A DNA stretch of 64,000 nucleotides from positions 7,998,001 to 8,062,000 of the forward strand of contig OZ024764.1 in assembly GCA_964016885.1 (NCBI GenBank). Direction: 5' to 3'. Below, in pieces: positions 13,490 to 25,205 of the stretch. A program made the position numbers and the translations under genes. The stretch is from Eledone cirrhosa. Lineage: Eukaryota. The notes beneath the pieces are model-generated. The model saw only the letters and a program-made list of their open reading frames with translations. It ran no database searches and was not told the DNA's origin. Position 1 is the first letter of the stretch. Each line of letters begins with the position of its first letter.

Positions 13490-13495
<6 letters not shown>
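13134..13495. repeat. ~360-bp imperfect palindrome
   Basis: Arms taaaatacaatatattgaaaagg.. / ..ccttttcaacatattgtatttta; centre ctatag at ~13329. Confidence 0.85.
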
Positions 13496-13533
<38 letters not shown>

Positions 13534-13789
13534 CTATAGTTATTCTCCACTTTTTCTATTATATATATATACGCCTGCTTTTTCATTTCATTTCATTTTC
13601 ATTTTCATTTTACGTCCGCTTTTTCCCTGCTTGCAAGGGTGGGACGGGAACTGATTCTGGCTTGATTTCTACAGCTGGATGCCCTTCCTAACACCAACCT
13701 CATTTACAGTGAGTGCTGGTTGCTTTTTTGCCGTGGCACCTCCACGACCACTTTACAGTGGAATGATAGGGACCCCAGTCCCTATCATC

Positions 13790-13930
13790 TCATTTCTACA
13801 GCTGAGTAAACTGGAGCAATGTGAAATAAAGTGTCTTGCTCAAGGAAACAACACATCACCTGGGCACGAGAATTGAGCTCAACCTTTCGATTGCAAGGCT
13901 AATGCTCTAACCACTAAGCCATGTGCCTCC
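13790..13930 (-). mobile_element. SINE family B head/body
   Basis: Reverse complement of the 3680 element (A box tggcttagtgg; ttgagcaagacactttatttc). Confidence 0.7.
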
Positions 13931-14150
13931 ATAATATATATATATATATATATGTAGATAAATCTACCAAGAGTTTACGGTAGTGTCCAATCCGTATGAA
14001 GAACTCAATGTAATCCGGATATCATGGAAAGAAGAGATGCAATGAAATATCACTTTCGGTGAAAGATAAACGGAATACAGAGTCAAGATAAAATATTAAA
14101 AAAATAATGAATAAAACAATGAAACAGTTCCTTATATTAAACAAAAAAAG

Positions 14151-14304
14151 TTCATTATTTCTGAAGACGGCATATATATGTGTTGGTATGTATATTTAAT
14201 TTTGATAGTTTGTATAATTTTGTATAATTTTGTACATAGATCTGTTGAATATGCATGCCAATTCTAACACATATATATCCTAGAAACGATCGTTAAATAA
14301 TGAA
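14151..14304 (+). ncRNA. type I hammerhead motif with extended stem II
   Basis: ttcattattt-CTGAAGA-~115-nt stem II (atatatatgtgtt/aacacatatatat)-GAAA-cgatcg-TT-aaataatgaa; stem I continues as a ~70-bp inverted repeat. Confidence 0.7.
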
Positions 14305-14358
14305 CTTTTTTTGTTTAATATAAGGAACTGTTTCATTGTTTTATTCATTATTTTTTTA

Positions 14359-14398
<40 letters not shown>

Positions 14399-14488
14399 GA
14401 AGAAATTAAAAGATGGCTAAAAAAGTTCCATGTATTTTATTATGCGCATTTCAAAAACAAATGTCACTCAGGGACTATCATGTCTCCC

Positions 14489-14559
14489 TATTTTATGTGA
14501 TGAGAACGCAAATATCGTCCCTGGATGATATTTGTTTTTGAAATGAGCATAATAAAATA
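14489..14559 (+). ncRNA. type I hammerhead motif, C3 mutated
   Basis: tattttat-gTGATGA-gaacgcaaatatcgtc..gatgatatttgttttt-GAAA-tgagca-TA-ataaaata, inside a fold-back element at 14397-14683. Confidence 0.65.
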
Positions 14560-14794
14560 CATGGAACTTTTTTAACCATCTTTTAATTTCTTCTTATATA
14601 CTCCAGTCCTATAAACTATTGAGTGCTACTTATCCAATATTTGCATTGCTTTATTGTGCTACAATAAAACTCACCTCCTACATTATATATAGATAGATAG
14701 ATAGATAGATAGATATATTTTCTTTATGATGGCTAAGTAGTGAGTTTTGTTATTCTGGAATTTCACCTGAGTACACACAAGGTTATTATACATG

Positions 14795-14842
<48 letters not shown>

Positions 14843-14967
14843 TCACAAACATACATACATAGATAGATATACACACATAACAAAAATATATAATTTAAAG
14901 AAAAATTGAATACAAAATTGATTGAAAATAAAATTATTAGCAAAAATCTGAAATAATAAATAGAGAT

Positions 14968-15210
14968 AATGGTGATGGTAGTGGTGGCGTTGGTGATGGT
15001 GGCGTTAGTGATGGTGTGGTGGTGGCGCTAGTGATGGTGGTTTTGTAGTGGTGGCGTTAGTGATGGTGTGGTGGTGGCGTTAGTGATGGTGTGATGGTGT
15101 GGTGGTTGTGGCGTTAGTGATGGTGTGGCGGTGTTGTAGTGGTGGTGTAGTAGTGATGGTAATGGTGATAATGATGGTGTTGATGATGATGATGATAGCA
15201 ATAATTAGAA
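14968..15210. repeat. (GGT/GAT)-rich cryptic trinucleotide repeat
   Basis: Directly visible. Confidence 0.8.
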
Positions 15211-15473
15211 TAAAGTGACCAGATGGTGCAGTGTGTGTGTAAATTAAAATATACAAGAGGTATTCAAGCATACCAGTTCTATCCAGTTCTATCCAGTTCT
15301 GTTGTCTGTCAGGTCCCTGTGTGTGTGTGTATATATATGTATGCATGTGTGTATATATGTATGCATGTGTATATGCATGTATGTGTATATGTATGAGTGT
15401 GTGTCTATATGTATGCATGTGTGTGTATGTGTGCATGCATGTATATGTGTGTATGTATGAATGTATAGGTGTA

Positions 15474-15504
<31 letters not shown>

Positions 15505-16079
15505 CATCATCATCATCACCGTTTTAAGTCCGTTCTTCCACGCTAGCATGGGTTAGACGGGTTGTCCTGTTGTGGGCAGTGTCCAGTTGGCTGACCTTGT
15601 CTTGCTCATACAGGAACTGATATATATATATATATATATAGGAACAAGTATGGGTCCAGAAATAGCCGTCAAAACGGCTAGAGCTCTGCCGTCGGGGTCA
15701 TACATGTTCCTATTACCCACTCTACTACCTTTAGTATTGAGTACTTTCGTGCGTTATAGTCCATCTGGTTCCTTACCACAATTCCTTCGTTATATATATA
15801 TATATATATATATAAACTCCTGCAATCCAAGTCCGTGTTGTTTTGTTCCAAGTCCCAGATCTTGGTGAAGGCAGTCGAGTTACTAACCTTTAGGTTCTTA
15901 AATGAATGTGATTGCATGTACCATCTTTTCTCAAAAAAGTTGGAGGTTGCACCCACATATCTATATGTCCCCAAGTTAGTTTCAACGACACATTGGTAGA
16001 TTATGTTCCTCTACGTGCAGATTCCATTTAACCCTTTAGCATTCACATTACTCTATATTTATTATTATATTTTCATGGT

Positions 16080-17812
16080 ATGATCCGAGTTCAAATCCCG
16101 CCGAGGTTAACTTTGCCTTTCATCCTTACGAGGTCGATAAAATAAAGTACCAGTAATGCACTGGGTACTTGCTGGTCTTGTGCCAAAAGTAGAAACAATT
16201 ATATTTTCATGGTAAAGGCTTTACCTCGCGCATAATTATCTCACATAATATCGAATCTATGAGATTTTGAAAGTATTTATTTTGAGAACAATACCTTAAC
16301 ATCAGTTTCAGTGACTGGTTACAGCCAGTTTCAACAGAAAGAGGTAGAGAATTCGGGCCGGTTTGAACATTAAAGGGTTAAAGGACATGTTGAGACATTG
16401 GCAGTTGCACTGCGTTTGTGTGTAATGTTTTGAGTCATTATTTGGATTGGCAGGGCAGGGCAGTATCGGTAGAGGGTTGGACGCCATGCTTTCCAGCATA
16501 GTTACGTCCCTTTTACGATCTGAGTTCAAATCCCGCCGAGGTTGACATTGCCTTTCATCCTTACGGGGGTCGATAAAATAAAGTACCAGTAATGCACTGG
16601 GTAATTGCTGGCCTTGTGCCTAAAGTAGAAACAATTATTTGTATCCGCAGGGCAGGGCAGCGTCGGTAGAGGGCCGGACGCCATGCTTTGACGCATAGAG
16701 TTACGGCCCTTGCCATTCTGAGTTCAAATCCCGCCGAGGTTAACTTTGCCTTTCATCCTTACGGGGGTCGATAAAATAAAGTACCAGTAATGTACTGAGT
16801 AATTGCTGGCCTTGTGCCAAAAGTAGAAACAATTATTTGTATCCGCATTAAGGGTGGTATGGGGGCGCGGGAGCGTTTGGTTGACACACTCGGTATAAGG
16901 TCCATCACCGTCCGATGTGGAAGGTTGGGAAATTGCTCTCATGGTCATTCCGACTGTAGTACGAGAGATCTGTTACTGGCCAAGCTGTAATGTGGCTGTC
17001 AAAGTCTCGCAGGCGTTTGTTATTTAATAGGCAGTGGATTGGTAGAGGGTCGGACACCGTGCTTTGCAGCATAGAGTTACGGCCCTTTATAATTTGAGTT
17101 CAAATCTCGCCGAGGTTGACTTTGCCTTTCATCCTTACAGGGTCGATAAAATAAAAGTACCAGTAATGCACTGGGTAATTTGCTGGCCTTGTGCCTAAAG
17201 TAGAAACAATTATTTAATAGGCAGTGGATTGGCAGTATTGGTAGAGGGTCGGACACCGTGCTTTGCAGCATAGAGTTACGGCCCTTTATGATTTGAGTTC
17301 TAATCTCGCCGAGGTTAACTTTGCCTTTCATCCTTACGGGGTCGATAAATTAAAGTACCAGTAATGCACTGGGATAATTGATGGCCTTGAGCCAAAAGCA
17401 AAAACCATTATTTAATAGGCAGTGGATTGGCAGTATTGGTAGAGGGTCGGACACCATGCTTTGCAGCATAGAGTTACGGCCCTTTATAATTTGAGTTCAA
17501 ATCCCGCCGAGGTTAACTTTGCCTTTCATCCTTACGGGGTCGATAAATTAAAGTACCAGTAATGCACTGGGATAATTGATGGCCTTGAGCCAAAAGTAGA
17601 AACAATTATTTAATAGGCAGTGGATTGGCAGTATTGGTAGAGCTTCGGACACCGTGCTTTGCAGCATAGAGTTACGGCCCTTTATAATTTGAGTTATAAT
17701 CCCGCCGAGGTTAACTTTGCCTTTCATCCTTACGGGGTCGATAAAATAAAGTACCAGTAATGCACTGGGATAATTGATGGCCTTGAGCCAAAAGTAGAAA
17801 CAATTATTTAAT
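16080..17812 (+). mobile_element. cluster of ~7 head-to-tail SINE family A copies (~190 bp each)
   Basis: Repeated ggcagtattggtagagggtcggac..gagttcaaatcccgccgagg..agtagaaacaattatt; four contiguous copies at 17030-17810. Confidence 0.85.
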
Positions 17813-18330
17813 CCTGTTACAAAGCTTCTAATGTTGTCCGTGGTAGAGTAGGATATGTGGACAGTTCTTCTGTTGAGGAGCTTTTGGTGTCTGTCTGTGG
17901 GAGGAAAACTATCATCCAGCAATCTAAAGAACTGCGTAGCTATTTTATTGATTAATAGTTCATTATGTGGAGGATTGAACCACAGGTAGGTCCTAGAGCA
18001 GGTGTGCTTAGATTTTATACTGTCCGGCATATCAATTTTGGATTTAACAGTTGAGTAGGTAGGTTATCCCATGGTTACTACTGCTCCTAGAATTTGAAGT
18101 TTGACATTGTTGCACATGCCTCATGCAGTGAAAACTTTGTCTCTCGGCTGGTTTGTCCATATGGAATTCTATTTTTTTTCCATTATAACCAGCGTTGTGA
18201 TGGGCTACATTATAGTAGTAGTCCACATGATTGTTGAAAGTGGATTCAGAGCAAGAAAGTTTGGAGATTCTATGAGAGACGTTACCAACTATGGAGTAAA
18301 CGAGAGCTCTAGGGTGGTTCAGGTGTCTGT
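17812..18330 (-). mobile_element. degenerate Penelope-like ORF fragment
   Basis: RTYLWFNPPHN..F..LLD..FP...KLLNRRTVHISYS and YN.A..NAGY motifs parallel the 54258 ORF. Confidence 0.75.
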
Positions 18331-18524
18331 TGATGTAATTTAGGTTATCATTAACCTTATGATAAGGTTACTGTAGTTCAAGGTTACCATGGGATCGATA
18401 AGGTTAGTCTAGGCTGGCTTATTCAGTGAGTTAGAACTCACTTGCGACTGAAGTGTTTTAGAAGAATATAGGCCTAAATTTGAAGTACACCTCAGAATTT
18501 TAGGGGTCGACTTATGCCCCGGCA

Positions 18525-20690
18525 TAAACATGTGTGTGTATATATTTATATATGTAACAGTTCACTTAGCTGGCCTCCTACATAGGTTTCTTGGGTGTCT
18601 CTTTTTATTTTTAACAATAGGGGTTGCAGTTTTTTGTGTGTGTGTGTGTATGTGTGTACATGTATATATATTTATGTATGTTGTTGTTAAAGTATATATG
18701 TACATAAATGTGTGTATATATATATATATATATATTTATATATGTAACAGTTCACTTAGCTGGCCTCCTACAGGGTTGTATCTCATAGGTTTCTTGGGTG
18801 TGTATGTCCATTTTTTTTTAATAGGGGTTACAGTTTTTTGTGTGTGTATGTGTGTATATGTATATATATTTATGTATGTTGTTGTTACAAGTATATATGT
18901 ACATAAACATGTGTGTATATATATATATTTATATATGTAACAGTTCACTTAGCTGGCCTCCTACAGGGTTGTATCTCATAGGTTTCTTGGGTGTGTATGT
19001 CCTTTTTTTTTTAATAGGGGTTGCAGTTTTTTGTAAGTGTGTGTGTATGTGTGTACATGTATATATATTTATGTATGTTGTTGTTGTTACAAGTATATAT
19101 GTACATAAACATGTGTGTGTATATATATATATTTATATATGTAACAGTTCACTTAGCTGGCCTCCTACAGGGTTGTATCTCATAGGTTTCTTGGGTGTGT
19201 ATGTCCTTTTTATTTTAACAATAGGGGTTGCAGTTTTTTGTATGTGTATGTGTGTACATGTATGTTGTGTTACAAGTATATATGTACATAAACATGTATA
19301 TATATATATATTTATATTTATATATGTAACAGTTCACTTAGCTGGCCTCCTACAGGGTTGTATCTCATAGGTTTCTTGGGTGTGTATGTCCTTTTTTTTT
19401 AATAGGGGTTGCAGTTTTTTGTGTGTGTATGTGTGTACATGTATATATATTTATGTATGTTGTTGTTACAGTATATATGTACATAAACATGTGTATATAT
19501 ATATGTAACAGTTCACTTAACTGGCCTCCTACAGGGTTGTATCTCATAGGTTTCTTGGGTGTGTATGTCCTTTTTATTTTAACAATAGGGGTTGCAGTTT
19601 TTTGTGTGTGTATGTGTGTACATGTATATATATGTATATATGTACATAAACATGTGTGTGTATATATATATATATTTATATATGTAACAGTTCACTTAGC
19701 TGGCCTCCTACAGGGTTGTATCTCATAGGTTTCTTGGGGGTGTATGTCCTTTTTTTTTTTAATAGGGGTTTCAGTTTTTTGTGTGTGTATGTGTGTACAT
19801 GTATATATATTTATGTATGTTGTTGTTACAAGTATATATGTACATAAACATGTGTGTGTATATATTTATATATGTAACAGTTCACTTAGCTGGCCTCCTA
19901 CAGGGTTGTATCTCAGTTTCTTGGGTGTGTATGTCCTTTTTTTTTTAATAGGGGTTGCAGTTTTTTGTGTGTGTATGTGTATGTGTGTACATGTATATAT
20001 ATTTATGTATGTTGTTGTTACAAGTATATATGTACATAAACATGTATGTATATATATATATATTTATATATGTAACAGTTCACTTAGCTGGCCTCCTACA
20101 GGGTTGTATCTCATAGGTTTCTTGGGTGTGTATGTCCTTTTTTTTAACAATAGGGGTTGCAGTTTTTTGTGTGTGTATGTGTGTACATGTATATATATTT
20201 ATGTATGTTGTTGTTACAAGTATATATGTACATAAACATGTGTGTGTATATATATATATTTATATATGTAACAGTTCACTTAGCTGGCCCCCTTCAGGGT
20301 TGTATCTCATAGGTTTCTTGGGGGTGTATGTCCTTTTTTTTAACAATAGGGGGTTGCAGTTTTTTGTATGTGTATGTGTGTACATGTATATATATTTATG
20401 TATGTTGTTGTTACAAGTATATATGTACATAAACATGTATATATATATATATATTTATATATGTAACAGTTCACTTAGCTGGCCTCCTACAGGGTTGTAT
20501 CTCATAGGTTTTTTGGGTGTGTATGTCCTTTTTTTTTTATAGGGGTTTCAGTTTTTTGTGTGTATGTACATAAACATGTGTGTGTATATATATATATTTA
20601 TATATGTAACAGTTCACTTAGCTGGCCTCCTACAGGGTTGTATCTCATAGGTTTCTTGGGGGTGTATGTCCTTTTTTTTTAATGATAAGG
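18525..20690. repeat. ~190-bp tandem repeat, ~12 copies
   Basis: Anchor tgtaacagttcacttagctggcctcctacagggttgtatctcataggtttcttggg with variable (TG)/(TA) tracts. Confidence 0.9.
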
Positions 20691-21464
20691 GCCACAGATT
20701 GAACATGAAAAGCATATTGAAATGAAGCATCTTATTGAGGAACACAGCACGGTGCCCGGCTCAGGAATCGAACCTGCTACCTCATGTTGGCGCATCCAAT
20801 ACCCTTATCCACTGGGTCGCTGGCTTTTTGTGTATGTCTTTCAATTATTGGTCCAGAGATATCGCGAAAACTTTTGGTGGTTGAGGTGGAAGTAGTGTTG
20901 GTAGAGATTCAGAGTTGCATTATTCATAAGGTGGAGACCCCATGGTGGGATCCACATGTACTTAAATAACCCTTCAACTTCTCCCATACTCTATCCTATC
21001 AGTACATGATAATTAGTAAATGTTTCTTTCACTCTATATATTTTTTAAGTTTTCTGTACGAATAGGCTATGTAGCTGGTAAACTGTAAAGGGACGCAACA
21101 CGCATCGCTACAGCATTTCACCAGCCCTCTTCCTTCCTCAATCATTACATAGATGTGATAGTGTATCTATTTGTGAGTAGATGTGTGTGTGTATGTATGT
21201 GTGTTTGCACTTCTGTTGTCTGTATCTGTTTATATATTTACATGTAGATGTGTGTGTATGCTGCAACTCACGGTGTTTGAAACACTCTTACCGGCTACAT
21301 AGCCTCATCCTTTTCTATAATATAACTTGCTGTAGCTGGGCTAGTTGTTTTTTTTCTTCATCCTACGTCTGATGCAATAATAAGCTGATAAAAAGCCATA
21401 CCTTTCATTTCTTGCTTTCTTTTTATCGTGTTTTTTTTTTTTGTATGTGTTTCCACATATTTCT

Positions 21465-22135
21465 GTTCATTCATAAACATCGTAAGCGGGGGTGTTATAG
21501 AATTCTGCATAAACCCCCGTCGTTCATTCATAAACATTGTAAGAGGTATAGTAGACGTTCATTCATAAATATTATATAGAACAATTAATGTGGTCAGGAG
21601 ACGATCCATAGTATAATGTAGACAGATGTTCACCCATAAACATCGTAATGAGGGTATATATAGACGTTCTTTCGTAAAGATCTTAAGGGGCCGTGTGTTT
21701 TGGATAACCCTCGTCCGTTCGTTCATTCATTGTTTTGGATAACCCTCGTTCGTTAGTTTATTCATAAACATCGTAATGGGGGTGTAGACGTTCCTTTGTA
21801 AACATCTTAAGGGGCCCGTGTGTTTTACATAACCCTCGTCTGTCGGGTTCATTCATAAACATCGTAATGGAGTATTGACGTTGTTTCGTAAACATCTTAA
21901 GGGGCCCGTGTGTTTTACATAACCCTCGTCTGTCGGGTTCAATCATAAACATCGTAATGGGGTATTGACGTTGTTTCGTAAACATCTTTAGGGGCCCGTG
22001 TGTTTTACATAACCCTCGTCCGTCCGTTCATTCATAAGGATCGTAAATGGGTGCTCATACTCTGTAACCTTCTTCATTCATTCATAAAGATCGGAAATGG
22101 ATGTTAGTACTCTGCGTAAAAACCTTTGGTCGTTC
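21465..22135. repeat. degenerate tandem copies of the BRF1 stop-codon region in its 3' flank
   Basis: Motif gttcattcataaacatc (= ..GATGTTTATGAATGAAC, DVYE*) recurs about ten or more times; ~90-bp dimeric units at 21760-22020. Confidence 0.75.
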
Positions 22136-22154
22136 TAAGTAGATGGCAATTGGT

Positions 22155-24575
22155 TCATTCATAAACATCATACGGGTCGTCGTATTCCGCGTAACTCTCT
22201 TGCGTGTCATGGCCCATCAGCTGTGCCGCACTCATATGTGCCAACTCCTCCTCCTCGTATTCTTCCTCTTCCTCCTCATCTTCGTACTCCTCTCCCACGT
22301 CGTCTGGGGTGGATGTTGCTCCTCTCCTCGTCTCATACTCCACCGGTCCCGACTCCACCACGATGTTTCCGTCGTCGTTCACTGTGACAGTAGTAGCAGT
22401 AGTTGTAGTGATGTGGTTACTACTATTACTCCTAATATCACCACCAGTAGCAGTGTTGGTGTTGACGCGAGCGGCTGAAGCCTGGTTGTCGGCGCATGAC
22501 ACATGCGACAAAATCCTCACTTTCTTTCCCTTCGGGGGGCCGTTGTTACCGTCGCCGTCAACCTCGGAGTAGTTCCGTGTTGTTATTTCACCGTTTCCTA
22601 GGAAACTGCCCGGTCGTTTCAACCGCAGGGGAGAGATTCCGTCGCCGATCGGCGACGATAACAAAACCGGTGTTGTTGCAGGAGCTGGAGAAGGGGCAGC
22701 GGATAGGCTCTGTTGTTTGTCGATCGGTTGACACAAGTCCTTTAGGACTTCGTAGTTGATCTTACTGGAGATTTTCTTCTCCTGTAGCATGGTTCGGATC
22801 GCCTCGCCAGCGGTGCTCGCCTGGACCTGGGACTTGCGCTTGTACGATTTTTTTTTCTTTTTCTTCTGGCATTCAGGCTTCGAGGCCGCCTCTTCTCTCT
22901 CCTTCGCTTCAATCGCTTCCTTCAGCTTCTGCTCATGGAGGTAGTCGGCGTTCGCCTCCATCCAGATCTTCGTTTTGATTCTCACTTCGTTCTCGCTGAG
23001 CAGGAACCGCTCCAGTTCTTCGTCGTCAATGTCCGTTAGGTCCAGCTCTCCGTCGCCGTCTCCCTCGCCGCCGCCGCCGCCCCCGACACCGTCGTTGCCG
23101 CCCTCTTCGTCTTCGAGGTGCTCCTTCAAACATTCGGCCACGCAGTCCCGGATGCCGAGACTGGCGGCAGTCGGTGCCGGACCCTTAAGGCCGGGTAACA
23201 CCAGCTGGCACAGCTTGTCTTCCACGTTCCTCGCCATGTTGTTAGCCTCGTCGTGCTTCTCTTTGTCCTCTCCGTCGACGGCGTCTTCTTCTGCCTCTCC
23301 CTCTCGACGGTGGTGGTGGTGGTCGTTGTTTTTGTTGTTCGGTGGTGGAGGTTGAAGATCTGCCGCCGAACCTGATCCCTCATCGCCGGACAAGGCAGCA
23401 GCAATAGCAGTGGTCACGGCCTTCTTCTCTGGGGTGATGCCGTCCTGTTTTTCCGGACAGGGGTCACCCTGGTTGTCGTTAGTCTCCGAGGTAATGCTGT
23501 TGCTCTCGCCATCGTCAACTACTTTGGCGAAGGCGGCGAAGATGCCCCTCGGTTTTCGGGCCTCTAGAGCCTTCTCGATCTCTTTTTGGATGTTAGTGAC
23601 TTCGAAAGTCAGCTCGTTCAACTTGCATTTGTCTTCCAGTTTGTTGTTGTTGGTATTAGTGTTCTGGTCCCCTTTGCGTTTCTTGGTGCCGGCGCTGAAA
23701 GACGGGGGGTCCATTTCTTGCTCAAGGTCGATTTTAGAGAACTCTTCGATGGTCAGCTGGCTGGACGGGGTCACTTCGAATTCGTTCAGCCTCTTGCGGA
23801 TGGTCGACTCGCAAACTTTCACGACGTGTATGAGGTTCTTCACAGTCCGATTGAAACCGTAAATCCGACAGGCGACCAGGAGGGCCGCTCCGCAAAGTCC
23901 CGATGGCCGGCGACCTGTGTGCATCCAGTCTCGTTTCATTCTCTGCACCAGGCGAAGGGCAGTCATGGATACATCGTGCTCTTTATCCCCCAGCTGGAGT
24001 TTGTGGGCGAAACGCGCAATATAAAGGCAAGGATCGATAGCAGGGGCCACAATACACAACTCGCGGGCCAACTGGTTGTAGACTTTACCCAGGACGTATA
24101 CGTTGGTCTGCAGTACATCGCTGAAGTCGAGCAACATGTGCGGGGTGCCCTCCGTTCGGCAAACCAGGTACAAACAAGCGGCTATCACATGTAAAGATTT
24201 CCGTCCTCGCGTCAACCGCTTCACTACTGCCATCTTAAAGAAGTTCACGGCGGTGTCCATGCAGTGTTGGTTCATGTGCAACTGAGCCCCAAGCTGTTGG
24301 ATTTTTCGACGACCGTTCTCCAACGTGATCGCCCGCGATTCCTTGCCCACTCCGACATGGAAATTCCCACCCATCGAATGACTGCGAGACTCGTCCGCCG
24401 AAACGAACTGTCCGATAATGCTGGACCCTCCACCGGCATGTTCGGCGAACTGGACCTCCGACACGATGATCTGGTCGTCCAATACGGACCCACATTTTGT
24501 GCACACGGCGTCACCTCGGGCCGGGTCATAGTCAATTTCACTACATCCACAATGCGAACACACAGCATTCGGCAT
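22155..24575 (-). CDS. BRF1: Transcription factor IIIB 90 kDa subunit (Brf1), intronless, 806 aa
   Basis: N-terminal Zn ribbon C..C..GDAVC..CG.VL; two cyclin folds (LYLVCR.E.TPH.LLDFSD, DPCLYI.RFA, RMKRDW.HTGRRPSGLCGAALL); C-terminal TBP-binding block (DIDDEE..LSE.E..K..IW...N, TAGEAI..ML..KKISSKINY). Confidence 0.97.
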   Translation of the reverse strand: MPNAVCSHCGCSEIDYDPARGDAVCTKCGSVLDDQIIVSEVQFAEHAGGGSSIIGQFVSADESRSHSMGGNFHVGVGKESRAITLENGRRKIQQLGAQLHMNQHCMDTAVNFFKMAVVKRLTRGRKSLHVIAACLYLVCRTEGTPHMLLDFSDVLQTNVYVLGKVYNQLARELCIVAPAIDPCLYIARFAHKLQLGDKEHDVSMTALRLVQRMKRDWMHTGRRPSGLCGAALLVACRIYGFNRTVKNLIHVVKVCESTIRKRLNEFEVTPSSQLTIEEFSKIDLEQEMDPPSFSAGTKKRKGDQNTNTNNNKLEDKCKLNELTFEVTNIQKEIEKALEARKPRGIFAAFAKVVDDGESNSITSETNDNQGDPCPEKQDGITPEKKAVTTAIAAALSGDEGSGSAADLQPPPPNNKNNDHHHHRREGEAEEDAVDGEDKEKHDEANNMARNVEDKLCQLVLPGLKGPAPTAASLGIRDCVAECLKEHLEDEEGGNDGVGGGGGGEGDGDGELDLTDIDDEELERFLLSENEVRIKTKIWMEANADYLHEQKLKEAIEAKEREEAASKPECQKKKKKKSYKRKSQVQASTAGEAIRTMLQEKKISSKINYEVLKDLCQPIDKQQSLSAAPSPAPATTPVLLSSPIGDGISPLRLKRPGSFLGNGEITTRNYSEVDGDGNNGPPKGKKVRILSHVSCADNQASAARVNTNTATGGDIRSNSSNHITTTTATTVTVNDDGNIVVESGPVEYETRRGATSTPDDVGEEYEDEEEEEEYEEEELAHMSAAQLMGHDTQESYAEYDDPYDVYE

Positions 24576-24860
24576 GCTATATATATAACTCTTGTCACTG
24601 ATGGTGCTCTCTTCCGGTCAGTCTTTCTCTCGTTACACCACTAACCTTTCCAATATATCCAGCAGCCGCCTAGCTTTCCTCTGCAGGTTGTAAAATCCTA
24701 TCCAATTCTCCGTCAACTTATCGACGTGATGGACGTCGCCATTGCGCCTTGTAAACAGGAAGTGCTGCTCAGAACGAGGCTCGACTTCACCGTAGTCGTC
24801 GTAGTGGTGCCAGTGATTATGTATGGTAGCACAGAAGTGGCGTAAATAAAAGACGAGAAT
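24576..24860 (-). promoter_or_regulatory. putative BRF1 promoter/5' UTR
   Basis: CpG-rich unique sequence upstream of the ATG with ETS-like CCGGAAG/CAGGAAGT and YY1-like CGCCAT motifs. Confidence 0.35.
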
Positions 24861-24879
24861 CGGCTGGAAAGTTTATAAA

Positions 24880-25205
24880 CTGACCAAGATATTCTCATGG
24901 AATGATTAAATGAGGTTTATTTTTCAACATAGTCCCTGGAAAGAGACAATGCAGCTATTAATAAGAGTTGAAATTAATACATACAAGATTTCAAAGCTCT
25001 AGCATCACTCCTTCATAGGCTGACCAAGATACTCTCATGGAATGACCAAATGAGGTTTATTTTTCAACATAGTCCCTGGAAAGAGACAATGCAGCTATTA
25101 ATAAGAAGAATTTACCAAGATACTCTTGGAATGACCAAATGAGGTTATTTTTCAACATAGTCCCCGGAAAGAAATAATGCAGTTATTAATAAGAGTTGAA
25201 ATTAA
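24880..25205. repeat. three tandem copies of a ~90-140-bp unit
   Basis: accaagata.tctc..ggaatga..aaatgaggtttatttttcaacatagtccc at ~24884, 25023, 25114. Confidence 0.8.

Noticed and set aside
22143-24644. Antisense and alternative-frame ORFs over BRF1
   Set aside because: Shadow ORFs of a GC-rich coding region.
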